Assembly (NCBI GenBank): GCA_963693365.1
Contig: CAVNZM010000003.1
Location: forward strand, 9,003,019 to 9,067,018
DNA length: 64,000 bases
From: Amoebidium appalachense
Lineage: Eukaryota > Protista > Ichthyosporea
Reading direction: 5' to 3'
Every line of letters starts with the position of its first letter. Position 1 is the first letter of the stretch. Below, in pieces: positions 53,344 through 64,000 of this stretch. The translations under genes were made by a program, and so were the position numbers. The notes under the pieces are model-generated. The model saw nothing but the letters and a program-made list of their open reading frames with translations, had not been told where the DNA came from and ran no database searches.

Positions 53344-53585
53344 TTAAGGGGGGCGGGTGCCGCCGTCCAATAGGAAGGCACGCATTCGCCAAGACCGGAC
53401 ACTGACCGGGAACACCACTTCTTCGGGGGCTAGGTCCGTGTGGGCCTGTGCCATCCCTTGCACCACCGGCCACCATAAGGCGGTGTCCCACACCGGGACC
53501 ACTAATATTCCCTGCGCACGTTTTGCTGAATCTTCGCCACTGTCTGCTTGATCAACGGAAACGGTGGCGCCCACCAGCTGGCAGT
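53344..53585 (-). pseudogene. C-terminal half of the DIRS methyltransferase-like domain
   Basis: SWWAPPFPLIKQTVAKI, frameshift, then GILVVPVWDTALWWP. Confidence 0.75.
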
Positions 53586-53933
53586 GGAAGCGTGCTGGAC
53601 CCATAACCTGTTGTTTTGTGTGGGTAAACGGGGAAGCAGAGTGCACAGATGGGTGTTATGTTATACACAACACAGAGACACACGGGAGAAACACAACCGG
53701 AGTGGTGGAACGATTACTGGGGCCATAGGAAATTAAGGGATACGGGATCGGCGATTTTGAGTGGTCCCCGATTTCTTTCTGGCGCCGCCTTTTTTCCCCC
53801 TGATTACGTAACGCGTTGCTACGCACCCACACCGTACAACGAGTTTTGTGTTCGCACGTTAACGCAGAGGGCGCACAACCCGAAAGAATTTTTTTCATGA
53901 AAAGAAACTACTTTGAATACATGCACTTTTACC

Positions 53934-55022
53934 ATGGGTGTGCAGGGCTTGCTCCCAGCACTCGGCATTAGTGCCGAAAAAGCCACCGATGTTACTGCAG
54001 AGTTGCAACGTGGGGTAGTTGCTTTTGACGGGATGGTGCAGGTCCACAAGTCCTTTTCAGTTTTCGCTGACACAGTAGCCAAACAGCAAATAGATGACAA
54101 AAAAGTCACAGACGACACATATGCAGCTATTGCAAATCACTTTATGTCCAAAGTTAATACGTATAGGCTAGCAGGGGTCCAGCCACACTATGTGTTTGAT
54201 GGGCGCAGATTGAAAGAGGGAAAACTAGTTGATAACGACCGTGCAGAAAAGGTGGTCAAAGCCCGCCAAGAAATAGCCACAAAAAGAGAGAAACAGGAGG
54301 AAGTAACTAAAAACAAATGGAGAAGCGCTGCAGAGTTAGATAACAGAGTTTTACATGCAATCATCCTTAGACTGAAAGATGAGAATGTCGATTACACAGT
54401 AGCTCCATACGAAGCAGACCCCAGCTTGCCTATGATGGCACGTACCGGTTTGGCACACACTGTTGTCACTGAGGATGCCGACCTTCTTCTGTATAACATC
54501 CCGCGGGTTGTATACAAACTGCGCATTGCGGATGCGGCGGTCATCCCTGGGACCGCTAATGCGGTGCGCATTCCCAAACTGTACGGAGTGATTGTAACCC
54601 CCGCCGATGTTTTTACCAGAAGCACAAAGTACAACTTCGACGGATGGGATATAGAAATACTGCGTTATTTTGCTATTGTGAATGGCTGTGATTATGTGAA
54701 AAAGCTCAGGGGAATTGGCATGGGCACTTTGCACGCAGCTGTAAGTGAGGCGTGCCGGGCCTGGGGACGCGAGGGAAGGCCGGTAGCTGCGGGGGTTGTG
54801 TTCACAGATCTGCTCCAGCATATCCAACGGGTCAGAAAGGGGAAAAGAGGGAAGGAAAAGCCCGTTAAAAGCACAGAAAACAAGCAGGGTGGGGACGAAC
54901 GGGCAGGAAGAGTCGAAATCGGACGGAAAGGAGGTGAAGCAGTGGAGGAAGAGGTTGAGTGGTGGGATCTTGAATACGAACATGGAACGTATGAAAACGG
55001 GGCTGAGGTGATGAGGTTATAG
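53934..55022 (+). CDS. EXO1-like XPG/FEN1-family 5' nuclease carried by the transposon (C-terminus probably decayed)
   Basis: MGVQGLLPAL, VAFDG, YVFDG, VAPYEAD, TEDADLL, GCDYVKKLRGIG (XPG-N, XPG-I and H3TH motifs with acidic residues retained). Confidence 0.92.
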   Translation: MGVQGLLPALGISAEKATDVTAELQRGVVAFDGMVQVHKSFSVFADTVAKQQIDDKKVTDDTYAAIANHFMSKVNTYRLAGVQPHYVFDGRRLKEGKLVDNDRAEKVVKARQEIATKREKQEEVTKNKWRSAAELDNRVLHAIILRLKDENVDYTVAPYEADPSLPMMARTGLAHTVVTEDADLLLYNIPRVVYKLRIADAAVIPGTANAVRIPKLYGVIVTPADVFTRSTKYNFDGWDIEILRYFAIVNGCDYVKKLRGIGMGTLHAAVSEACRAWGREGRPVAAGVVFTDLLQHIQRVRKGKRGKEKPVKSTENKQGGDERAGRVEIGRKGGEAVEEEVEWWDLEYEHGTYENGAEVMRL

Positions 55023-55327
55023 AGATGCAATGATGAGGGTGAAGAGGTTATAGAGATGCAATATGCAGATGGTACGAAAAAGAGGCGGATAGTAGGACCA
55101 AGTGTAGAAGAATTGGCCCAATCATGTAGTACAAGCCTGACCTTGTAGGGCTCCGTGCATTTGTACAGCAAATAGACCCTACTGGACACAAGTATAGTTT
55201 TACCTGGAATGAAAAGTTGATGGTGCAAATGTATCAATCATACAGGGCAGAAAACCACAAAAAGTGGAAGAAGAAGAAGAAGTGAACACGAACACTGAAA
55301 ATGCAACTGAATGATTCTGTTTTCCTT

Positions 55328-55360
<33 letters not shown>

Positions 55361-55414
55361 TTTACGTTATCTTTCATAATGTGTACTGTGTGTGTGTGTG
55401 TGTGTGTGTGGGGT

Positions 55415-55447
<33 letters not shown>

Positions 55448-55624
55448 GGTTAGTGATCTTCTGACCGATCTAGTGAACCTATAATGAATGAATGAAGACC
55501 GTGTGTCAAATCTGAGAGCAATGTACCAGACCCTGGTGCCTGCATATGTTTCCTACCCCCCCCCCCCCTCCCCCCGGTCCCTCCTCCCCCCTTGGTGTTT
55601 GCATACGTGCCTACCTGCCCCCCC

Positions 55625-55655
<31 letters not shown>

Positions 55656-55702
55656 GTGTGTGGGGGGGGGGGGGGGGGCGTGCATGCGTGCGTGTGTGCA
55701 AA

Positions 55703-55745
<43 letters not shown>

Positions 55746-55934
55746 TTCCGTGTGTGCGTGGTTGTGTGTGTGTGTGAAGGGGGGGAGGGGGGGGGGGGGG
55801 GGGGGGAGAACGACTCAAGGTTGTACTTGGCACACAAATACATAATAATTTCAATTATTATTATTATTTTCCTATACAGGAAAAGTGGAGCCCTACTGGC
55901 CGAATACATACATGCAAGCATTCATTCATATTTT

Positions 55935-55999
<65 letters not shown>

Positions 56000-56005
56000 A
56001 AAGAC

Positions 56006-56038
<33 letters not shown>

Positions 56039-56081
56039 CAGAGAAGGGGGCTTTAGGGAGAGGCAATCGAAAACGAAAATT

Positions 56082-56918
56082 CTACACCATGCTTTTGGTG
56101 TGCCCGGGCCCCACCATATCCTTATATAGTGGCTCTTGCATGTTACACAAGAAAGCCACAGCCTTAGCTACCATCCAATGGGTGCCTACCATCGACATCT
56201 GCACCTGATTGCTAAACAGCCGATAATTTTTCATGCGCCCAAAAGCCCTCTCACTGCTCGTCTCCCCCCGCTCCCTCGCTCGTTTCCGTGTTTGCTCATT
56301 ATCTGAGGCATCCATTCCTACAGCTTGCATATGACTATTGGCCCTTTCCTCCCTCAATAGCTGTACCTTCTCTCTGTACATCGGGTCTAGTTCCATTCGG
56401 ATGGGACATGCATCCTTTGTTAATTTCAGTTTTCCATTCTTAGCAGTAATATCATCATCGGTGAAATGTGCCTCGCATACAACCAGTTGCTTAAGGATAG
56501 CCAGTGGCCAGGGGACTTCCACCTTCGGTTGCCCCCGTTTCCTCTTTGGTTGTGGTTCTTGTGCCGACTACTCAGCTGGCACAGCCGAGTCATTGGCATT
56601 TTCGGATTGTGTGTCAGCTGTGTGTGTCTCAGTAGTGGTTGTGTCTGTATTTACGTCTGTCCCATCCGAGGCCTTTGGCCTTGTGTCTGTGTGTGTGTCT
56701 GGGTCGGGGGGTGCTTGCTTTGTGTGTTCTGCTATTTATTTCCGCTCATACTTTGTTTGCTCCTGCCTGCCTATAGCATTTAACCAAGCATGCCTCCTAG
56801 CCAATACATTTGGTTTGCATCCATATGGAACAGTAAAATGCTTTATCTTCCTGGTAGGATCTTTGGGAGAGACTGTTTCTTCGTCATTTTTGCAGTAGTT
56901 AGCCGCGCAAGTTGGCAT
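56082..56918 (-). pseudogene. THAP-domain transposase with most of the DDE core deleted
   Basis: THAP: CAANYC, FTVP, WLNAIGR, VCEAHF, DACP; C-terminal ERAFGRMKNYRLF...AFLCNMQEPL resembles ISL2EU/Harbinger DDE_Tnp_4; stop at 56736. Confidence 0.85.
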
Positions 56919-57806
56919 TGTGAGTGCCTAACATATATAGTTAGAAAACAACCCGCCTTCATGAAAAATGTGCAGCGCAGTTTTGTCCGGACACGTGTGT
57001 GGCATGCCGTGTGTACATGGTATAGCTCGGCCACACGATCTTAGGTGCCCAATATGCAGATCAAGCCCACTCAATCCAGATAGATATCGATCTGAGCGGC
57101 GCCAGAAAGTATTCGAGCCGCGCGATCCCGTATCCCTTAATGATTCGACTGCTTGATATTTATTCCAAGATGAAGTTCCTTTTATACTTAGGAATGTGAA
57201 ATCGATAAACCAATCAAAAGAACGAAAACTCTATTTTCCAATCAGAAAGACGAAAACTATGAGTGTAAAATAAATTGATCGAAATGCCTGTCGACACATA
57301 GAAGATAAAACGCAATCTTCTAATGAAAGAAATCTTCTAATAAAAGGTACGGAAATATTAAACAAAATGAAACCACTTATGTAACTATTAGTTCACATCA
57401 TACATTTATACATGTTCTTAACATAACACGTCTAAATATAAGTATTCCTAATAGTTGGAGTACATAGAACAATTCTACGTCGTGAGAAAAGAAGGAAAAG
57501 GAATGAAATGAATGGAATGGGAAAGGAACGGATAGAATTAATGAGGAATGTAAGTTACTATATTTGGGAAAATACAACGAGATCTGATTGGATGACATAT
57601 TTAGACATTGACACAAATAATAATACGTGTGCGCGGGCTAAATATCTCGATGTGTACACAGATCTAAGATATCGGTGTACACGGAAACAGAAAGGAAAGA
57701 AAGAAAGGAAGAAAGGAAAAGGGAAAAGGAAACAAACTACAACAAACGAATAAACATATATAAAACTCAACTTCTAAGTCTTGACGTTAATCATGGGAAG
57801 ATGACA

Positions 57807-59430
57807 GGCCTGCCATTCGGTGGCAAGCCCATCCTGCCCACCACTCACGGGGACCACCGCAGTCCATGTGTGAAACGTGGGTTTGACTGCTGTCACGGGT
57901 GTAGAAAACCGATCCACCGCCGTGTGCAATCCGAGTGTTGCTCGATACGCTCGACCCCCGCAGGGGTAACCGACCACTCGTGGCGGGGATCAATCCGCGA
58001 CAACCAATCTGAACGGTCGTTCACTTCGCCCGGAATGTATGACAGCTCTTGGGGCCAGGGGAGCCCCTTTTCCTAACACAACTGCTGCAGCTGCCATAGC
58101 ACTCGCTGCATGGCGGGGCTGCTGCTGCCCTTTTTGCGCACCGCGCCCATCGCGGCCTGGGCGTCTGACTGCCAGCGTATGCGCTGGCGTTGGATTAGGG
58201 CCTGCATTTCGGGCCTGCGATAGGCCTCGAGTAGGCCCTCGCACTCCGCCACTGCAGCCGCCCGCGGTGCATCGCTCTCCGCCCAACAACCGAAAGCCTC
58301 CACATTGTCCTGCGTGGTTGGTAGGCCCAACTGTAGTACTGCCCCCCACCCGTGTGAGGTGACAGCATCTGTGATGAGAGTGGCCGTGATAGGCTTAGGC
58401 CAGATTTCCGTGCGGGGAAGCCGACCTATTACACCCATGGTTTTACCGATAATGCGTAGCTGCTGACCCGTTAACCGCACAAAGCTACGCCAGTTCCCGC
58501 CGCGTAGAGCACCTGGTTACACCGGCCGGACAACCGTGAGTACATGAGGCACCGCCGCACGCAAACTAACAACCAACCCTAGCCATCTAGCCACCTGCTT
58601 CTTTTCCACCCACCGCCGTTCTTTGTGCGCCTTAGCCATTAAAGAACGTGTTTCCCCCGATAATTTTTCCAAAGACGCCACTGTGTGAGACAAATACCCT
58701 TCTTCCAAATTTATGTGGATGCCTAAATGGTCGAGGGCACTCACTGGGTCCCAATGACCCTTATTTGGATGCTTCCTAAGGCCGGTGACTTTCAATTCCT
58801 GCTCCACCACCCCGCGTGTGTCGAGTGCCCGTGCCGCCTGTTCGAAGATGGCCCAGTCATCGAGGAAAACCAACGAACGGATGCCGCGTGCACGTAACCG
58901 ACGCGCGAACTCGCGCATAAGGCGCATGAAAAAGCACGGACTGAGGGAATAACCGAAGGGAAGCACCGTGTACTGGTAGAGTTGTCCCCCCACACGAATT
59001 TGGAAATACTTACGGAGCCGGGGTTGAATGGGTAGTGCAGAATATCCGTCTTCGAGGTCGAAACTGAAAGCGTGGTCACCCGGCTGTGCGAGCGCCCGCA
59101 AGTCGCTGAGGGTTTCGTACTTGACACCACGTTCGACAGCGTATTCATTCACACAACGCATAATTATCAATAATGAGCCGGACATTTCCGTTGGGCTTCC
59201 GCAGCCCAAAAGACTTCGAAACACACCATTTTGCGCTTTCAGGCACTGTCTCGAGGGCCCCCTTACTCACTAACCGTTCAACTTCCACCACCGCTTCTGC
59301 CTCTGAAACTTCGCCGACATCCAGATAGCCACCTGCATCAATAGGGGCAGGACGCGCACTCTTCCATTCTGGTGTGATGCCGTTACTACTTTATCCAGAA
59401 CAAAACTTCTTTAGACGCTGTAAACAACTG
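57807..59430 (-). pseudogene. DIRS/PAT-type RT, RNase H and first half of MT (several frameshifts)
   Basis: ASKEVLFWI, KPNGNVRLIID, KYETL, FDLEDGY, YQYTVLPFGYSLSP, VFLDDW, LITDAVTSHGWGA, WQSDA, VDRFST...GQDGLATEW. Confidence 0.92.
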
Positions 59431-60572
59431 TACACATGAACTGTACATGTTTACTAAAGAATGTGATGTACTAGCACACAATTTGTGCTTTGTCACGAAT
59501 ATCACATAAATATTATGTCCGCACCAATAGGAATCAATCTTACCTAAGAAGTGAACCATATATGGTTCTACCGCTGCATACCACATAAACGAAGTGAACC
59601 AATAAGATGCAAGTTGCATAAATAGGACGAAGGTCTGACTGGCTCGGACCGCACCAGAATCACGAATGGCAGGTTGCCACCCGCGCTGGCCGCGGATGAA
59701 CCATTCCTGGGCCTTGATTCGAAACCTGGGGGCTCAGGAAAGCCGTCCCAGTACGGGGATCACATCAGTGAAGTCTGAGACAGACTGAGTCGGCCCATAG
59801 TAAAAGCAACCTGGCCGCGTGTGCCTTTCTACCCGTTCTCTGTCAATATTTTGATTCAGTTGTACTCTGCCTTATCCTAACTAGTCCAACTGTTTACAGA
59901 CGCACCCCCACGCACCCACTCATCTACAAAGGCACGAACTCTGATACAATGGCAGTTGGGATGCATCACTTGCATCTCCCATCCTGCCTTCGAAGGAATT
60001 GAGACACTACACCTATCTGCAGCACTACGCGCGCTCGCAAACAGTTTACCTACAGCACTACACGCGCTCGTAGAAGCTAACTAGAAACGGCCGCAGCCCA
60101 GTTGCCCTCAGGCCGTGGGTGCAGCTCACCCCTACGCAAATAGGCGCTATCTATTTAGATTTTCCCACCAATGCTAATTACGCTCCACAACTGCTACCCG
60201 GGCGCCACGCCGCCCTACCGAGCTAAGCCGTGCCTCCTGCCGTCTGTCGGCCCTCTACAGCTAAGTAGGGGCCGACGGGGAAACAAAGCTAAGACGAGTA
60301 GAACGAGTCGCCGCCTACATACCATAGTCGGCTCCCTAGTGGCCACTGATTGTTGGAACACTATGTCAAGCAATCAGTTGGCCTAAATACATCTCTAAAT
60401 AGAGCTTGATGAATCAAGTGAAGTAAAAATCCGGTAAACACGACCACCACACACAAGAATACGCAATTATATTTCCGGTTTATTGCTGTTCGTGTGGCCA
60501 GCACACTACAGTATGTCATATACCGGTGGGCATGTGTTTTATTGCGTGGTGCATTCACATATATATATGTTG

Positions 60573-60613
<41 letters not shown>

Positions 60614-60775
60614 ACACACACACACCCACCCACCATCACCAAAAAAAAAATCTTTCTGCAGATATCTCTCCGGAGTTGTTTCCTTATGAAGACGAAAAAG
60701 AACTGGAAACTTCACACACAGCTTGCCTGGGTTAAAGCACTAAGAATACGACCAATACCTCGCTAGAGTGCACAG

Positions 60776-61060
60776 AAGGGATTTTACCCAAAAAATTGAC
60801 CTAAAGCTTTTTAAAAGTTTTTTCATGTTTTTTCGTGATCGCTTGAGCAGATCAAACTGTTTTGCTGGTATCTCAGTGTACGTGTGCAGGGGGTATAACA
60901 ACACACTAACTGTGAAAACTTGGTGCATTTTGGTTGAACGGTTCCCAAGTTATTACATTTTTTATTTTTTGAAACGTGCATAACGTTATGCTCAAACCTG
61001 CATAACGTTATACAATTTTACTTAGTAAATGTAAATTTGCCTCCAAAAATTCGTTAAAGT
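60776..61060. repeat. Second, inverted copy of the 39286-39576 repeat
   Basis: aagggattttacc...cgtgatcgcttga...gtgcataacgttat. Confidence 0.7.
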
Positions 61061-61414
61061 GCTTTACAGATATACACGTACATTAAGTTTATGGGGTCGT
61101 TCAGGTGCACAAAACCCCACCGCAATTTATGTTGACATAATTGCAAGCGGCTGTATGTTTCCTTGTCATAGCTATAAAATATTTAATGATCGCTCTATGC
61201 TCTGTATGAGATATGCTAGCTAAATAAAGGTGTGAAGTGCGTGTTTTAATGGCGATACAAAAGGGCGGGAGGGGAAAAAAAAAAAAGGGAAAAAAAAAAG
61301 GGGAAAAAAAAAAAAAAAAAAAAAAAAAGGAATGGGTTTGCTGTGGCAGTGCAATAACATTCGATGGTTAGGGCATTAGTTTCACTGGCCGGGCTAAGTA
61401 CTTTCGGGTTGGTC

Positions 61415-61501
61415 TTACGAACCGGCCACGATGTTGAGAAGTTGAAGTGTGATTGGCCAGGCAATCATGGAGGCTATCGGGTAGGTGTAGACCCCCATCA
61501 C
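61415..61501 (-). CDS. GPAA1: GPI transamidase subunit GAA1, terminal exon
   Basis: (CA)n-CAG acceptor; VMGVYTYPIASMIAWPITLQLLNIVAGS-stop; resembles the last TM helix of GPAA1 as recalled (YGALLFP...YPCWLLFWNV). Confidence 0.75.
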   Translation of the reverse strand: MMGVYTYPIASMIAWPITLQLLNIVAGS

Positions 61502-61514
61502 CTGTGTGTGTGTG

Positions 61515-61556
<42 letters not shown>

Positions 61557-62029
61557 CGCGTGTGTGTGTATGTGTGTGTGCGTATGTGCAATCATGTGAG
61601 TGCGTGAGTGAGAAATTAGATGAGTAAATGAGAGAGCGAGAGAGTAGAGAGAATGAGCGAGAGTGAGAGGGAGGGACGGACAGGGAGGGAGGGAGGGAGA
61701 GAGGGAGAGAGGCAGGGAGGGGGGATGGAGGGAGGGATGGAGGGAGGGAGGAAGGGAGGGAGGGGTGGTGGGGTGGAGGGAGGGAGGGATGGAGGGAGGG
61801 AGGGAGGGAGGGTGAAAGCGCGAGAGTGTGTGGCATGCGTGTGTGCAAGGGCTTGGGTGTGTGCACGAGTGTGCTGGTTTCACACAGGCTCCCTACCACA
61901 TGTTGTATATGTCACATCGACGTGGACAGGCAAACACACCAGTTGTGCATAATTCTATGTGCGAGTCCGTGGGTCAAACCCATTGTGGGAAGGAAAAAAT
62001 GAATCGCACAAATCCTGTCTGCAAACCCC

Positions 62030-62060
<31 letters not shown>

Positions 62061-62085
62061 CCCTTCCAAAAATGCCCACGCACAG

Positions 62086-62143
<58 letters not shown>

Positions 62144-62182
62144 ACATAAAAAAAAAAGAAACGAAAAACCAAAAAAACAACA

Positions 62183-62240
<58 letters not shown>

Positions 62241-62354
62241 CCACACACATCCACACACACACACATCCACACACACACACACACCATCCCGACCTTCCCA
62301 AAGATACGCTTCGCCAGACACAGAAATATTACCCCCCCCCCCCCCCCCCCGGGG

Positions 62355-62404
<50 letters not shown>

Positions 62405-62406
62405 AC

Positions 62407-62538
62407 CTCATATGCCTGCATGGTGTTGGTGAGGAGGACAGGCAGAGGTGTCTGCAGCCACAGAGACAGGCCGTAGGAAACACTGGGGGGAGACAGGGCC
62501 AATATGGCACAGAGTTGAAGAAGTGTGAGGGGGAAAAG

Positions 62539-62539
<1 letters not shown>
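62407..62539 (-). CDS. GPAA1: GPI transamidase subunit GAA1, penultimate exon
   Basis: [50 protein letters not shown] donor, phases match both neighbours; acceptor reads CG. Confidence 0.7.
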
Positions 62540-62620
<81 letters not shown>

Positions 62621-62953
62621 AAATGCGTGTGTGCATGCATGTGTGTGCGAGGGCGTGCACGTGCGTGTGTGCATGTGCGTTTGCGAGTGTGTACGTGTGT
62701 GTATGAGGAGGCACGGTAAGTGAAGGATTAGGAAAACAACAACACATCACTGGCGGAATGGTACAGAAAACACGGTATAAAAAGTGCATCGGGCAGTCAG
62801 GTGGAGAGGTGGAGTTGGCGAGGAAAAGACAAAAAAACAGCACATTGCTTTAAAAATACTGGGGAACAGTATTGGTCACTACAGGAGGGAGGGAGAGGGG
62901 TGGGGAGAGAGGGGTGGGGGTGGGGGTGGGGGTGGTGGTGGGTGTGTGTGTGT

Positions 62954-63013
<60 letters not shown>

Positions 63014-63483
63014 GGACGGGGTGATGTATGTATTCGAAGGTTGGAAGTATGAAGGATACCCCAAAGGACAACACATACAACGTCACAAAAACTAAAAAAC
63101 GAAACAAAACCATAAAATGGAAACAAATGAAAAAAGTGCATGCAGGAGACACTTGCACAGAGCCCATGATCTGGGGGCTTCCTAAGCCTCAACAAAAGAG
63201 TGGGTATCGACTCTTTAACTTCTCGTACGTGGTTCCCAACTCATACTTTGTTTCAACAGCAAGGGGGGTTTGGGGTTGGAAGTTGGGGGGTTGGGGAGGG
63301 GGGAGGAGGGAAGGGGGGAAAGAGGGGGAGGGGGGGGGGGGGGGGGGGGGAGGAGCGGGGGCGGGGGTGGGAAAGAACTGAGTGGACACTGGTCACCTGA
63401 AAAGACACTAAGGCCACCATACTATGTAGAGTTAACTAACCACCACCATGCATACATTACACAACCACGCCCACGTCACCCAC

Positions 63484-63650
63484 CTCCCAAATCGGGTAGC
63501 TACCATACATGGCAGTGCATACAGTGCACTCAGACACAGTGCCAAAGACACATTCACGAGTGCCAGGCATGCCATGGTCAGCATTGCATACGAGCAAAGC
63601 ACCAACTTGCACACACACCACGTGGGTGAAGGTGGAAGGGTGGCCCACAC
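63484..63650 (-). CDS. GPAA1: GPI transamidase subunit GAA1, internal exon (gene continues beyond the window)
   Basis: CAG acceptor, GT donor; WCVCKLVLCSYAMLTMACLALVNVSLAL resembles GPAA1 WMALKLVALIY...CIALTNFSLGF (comparison from memory). Confidence 0.75.
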
Positions 63651-64000
63651 CTGTGAAAAAGAAAATCACATTTGGTATTCATTCTACATTCTCTGCTCTG
63701 TTTCCCTTTTTCTTAGTCGGCATTACCCCCCCCCCCCCAAAAAAAAAAAAAAAAAACCCCCAAACCACTATTACCAACAACAAATACCCACCATCTTCTC
63801 TTCTCTATCTCGCTTTCACCATCGACCCCCCCTCCCCACCTCCCCTCTCCCCACAACCCTGCTCCCACACACCCTACAACTTACTCCGAACTATAATACG
63901 TACCCACCCAGCCTTTCTCAGTAACCAATAACACTTCTTTACTCCGAATTCATTCAAGCGACAAAAAGGTTGACCTTTGGGTCTTCTAAAGAAAAACTGC

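Larger units (their letters stand above)
53734..57139. mobile_element. ISL2EU-like (PIF/Harbinger-related) DNA transposon with two convergent genes
   Basis: Perfect 17-bp TIRs TAAGGGATACGGGATCG; AT on both sides; empty site in the paralogous LTR at 26161-26180 (one extra A). Confidence 0.88.
53609..57806 (-). mobile_element. Copia-C 5' LTR with adjacent PBS, split by the ISL2EU-like transposon
   Basis: Homologous to the solo LTR 26046-26795; PBS GGTTATGGGTCCAG at 53608-53595. Confidence 0.88.
53006..60425 (-). mobile_element. PAT/DIRS-like split-direct-repeat element encoding only RT-RNaseH-MT
   Basis: 166-bp direct repeats 60260-60425 (A1) and 53075-53240 (A2); RT, RH and MT remnants between them; left end truncated at a microsatellite; no gag or YR recognisable. 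Confidence 0.8.

Noticed and set aside
53733-57140. Kolobok or piggyBac assignment based on TTAA at both ends
   Set aside because: The empty site has no TTAA and the transposase tail is Harbinger/ISL2EU-like; TTAA arises from the TIR plus the flanking base.
39286-61060. One 21-kb element bounded by the inverted 290-bp repeats and carrying the trypsin
   Set aside because: The putative termini face each other with interiors pointing outward, so they belong to two separate elements.

Overview
Eukaryotic, transposon-dominated DNA riddled with long G/C homopolymers and (CA)n/(GA)n microsatellites; the organism cannot be identified from the sequence. Only two host-like genes are supported: an intronless secreted trypsin (48554-49459, +) and the last three exons of a GPI transamidase subunit GAA1/GPAA1 (61415-63650, -). 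The rest resolves into deeply nested mobile elements with readable junctions. (i) A tandem LTR-internal-LTR-internal-LTR Copia with one TSD (6071-18601). (ii) A Ngaro-type tyrosine-recombinase (YR) retrotransposon (21370-38075) containing an intron-rich pogo DNA transposon (22644-34595), which itself holds two solo LTRs and a deleted Copia. (iii) A small split-direct-repeat element encoding only an intact YR (40426-46429), with a second Ngaro copy inside it. (iv) A split-direct-repeat PAT/DIRS-like element encoding only RT-RNaseH-MT (about 53006-60425), containing a Copia LTR that contains an ISL2EU-like DNA transposon carrying an EXO1/XPG nuclease. The strongest novelty candidates are the YR-only and RT-only elements, which share terminal cis-signals (a possible multipartite YR retrotransposon), the EXO1-bearing ISL2EU, and an unrecognised degenerate DWPP/LDCG coding module repeated six times. 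All coordinates and alignments were read by eye; no searches were run.
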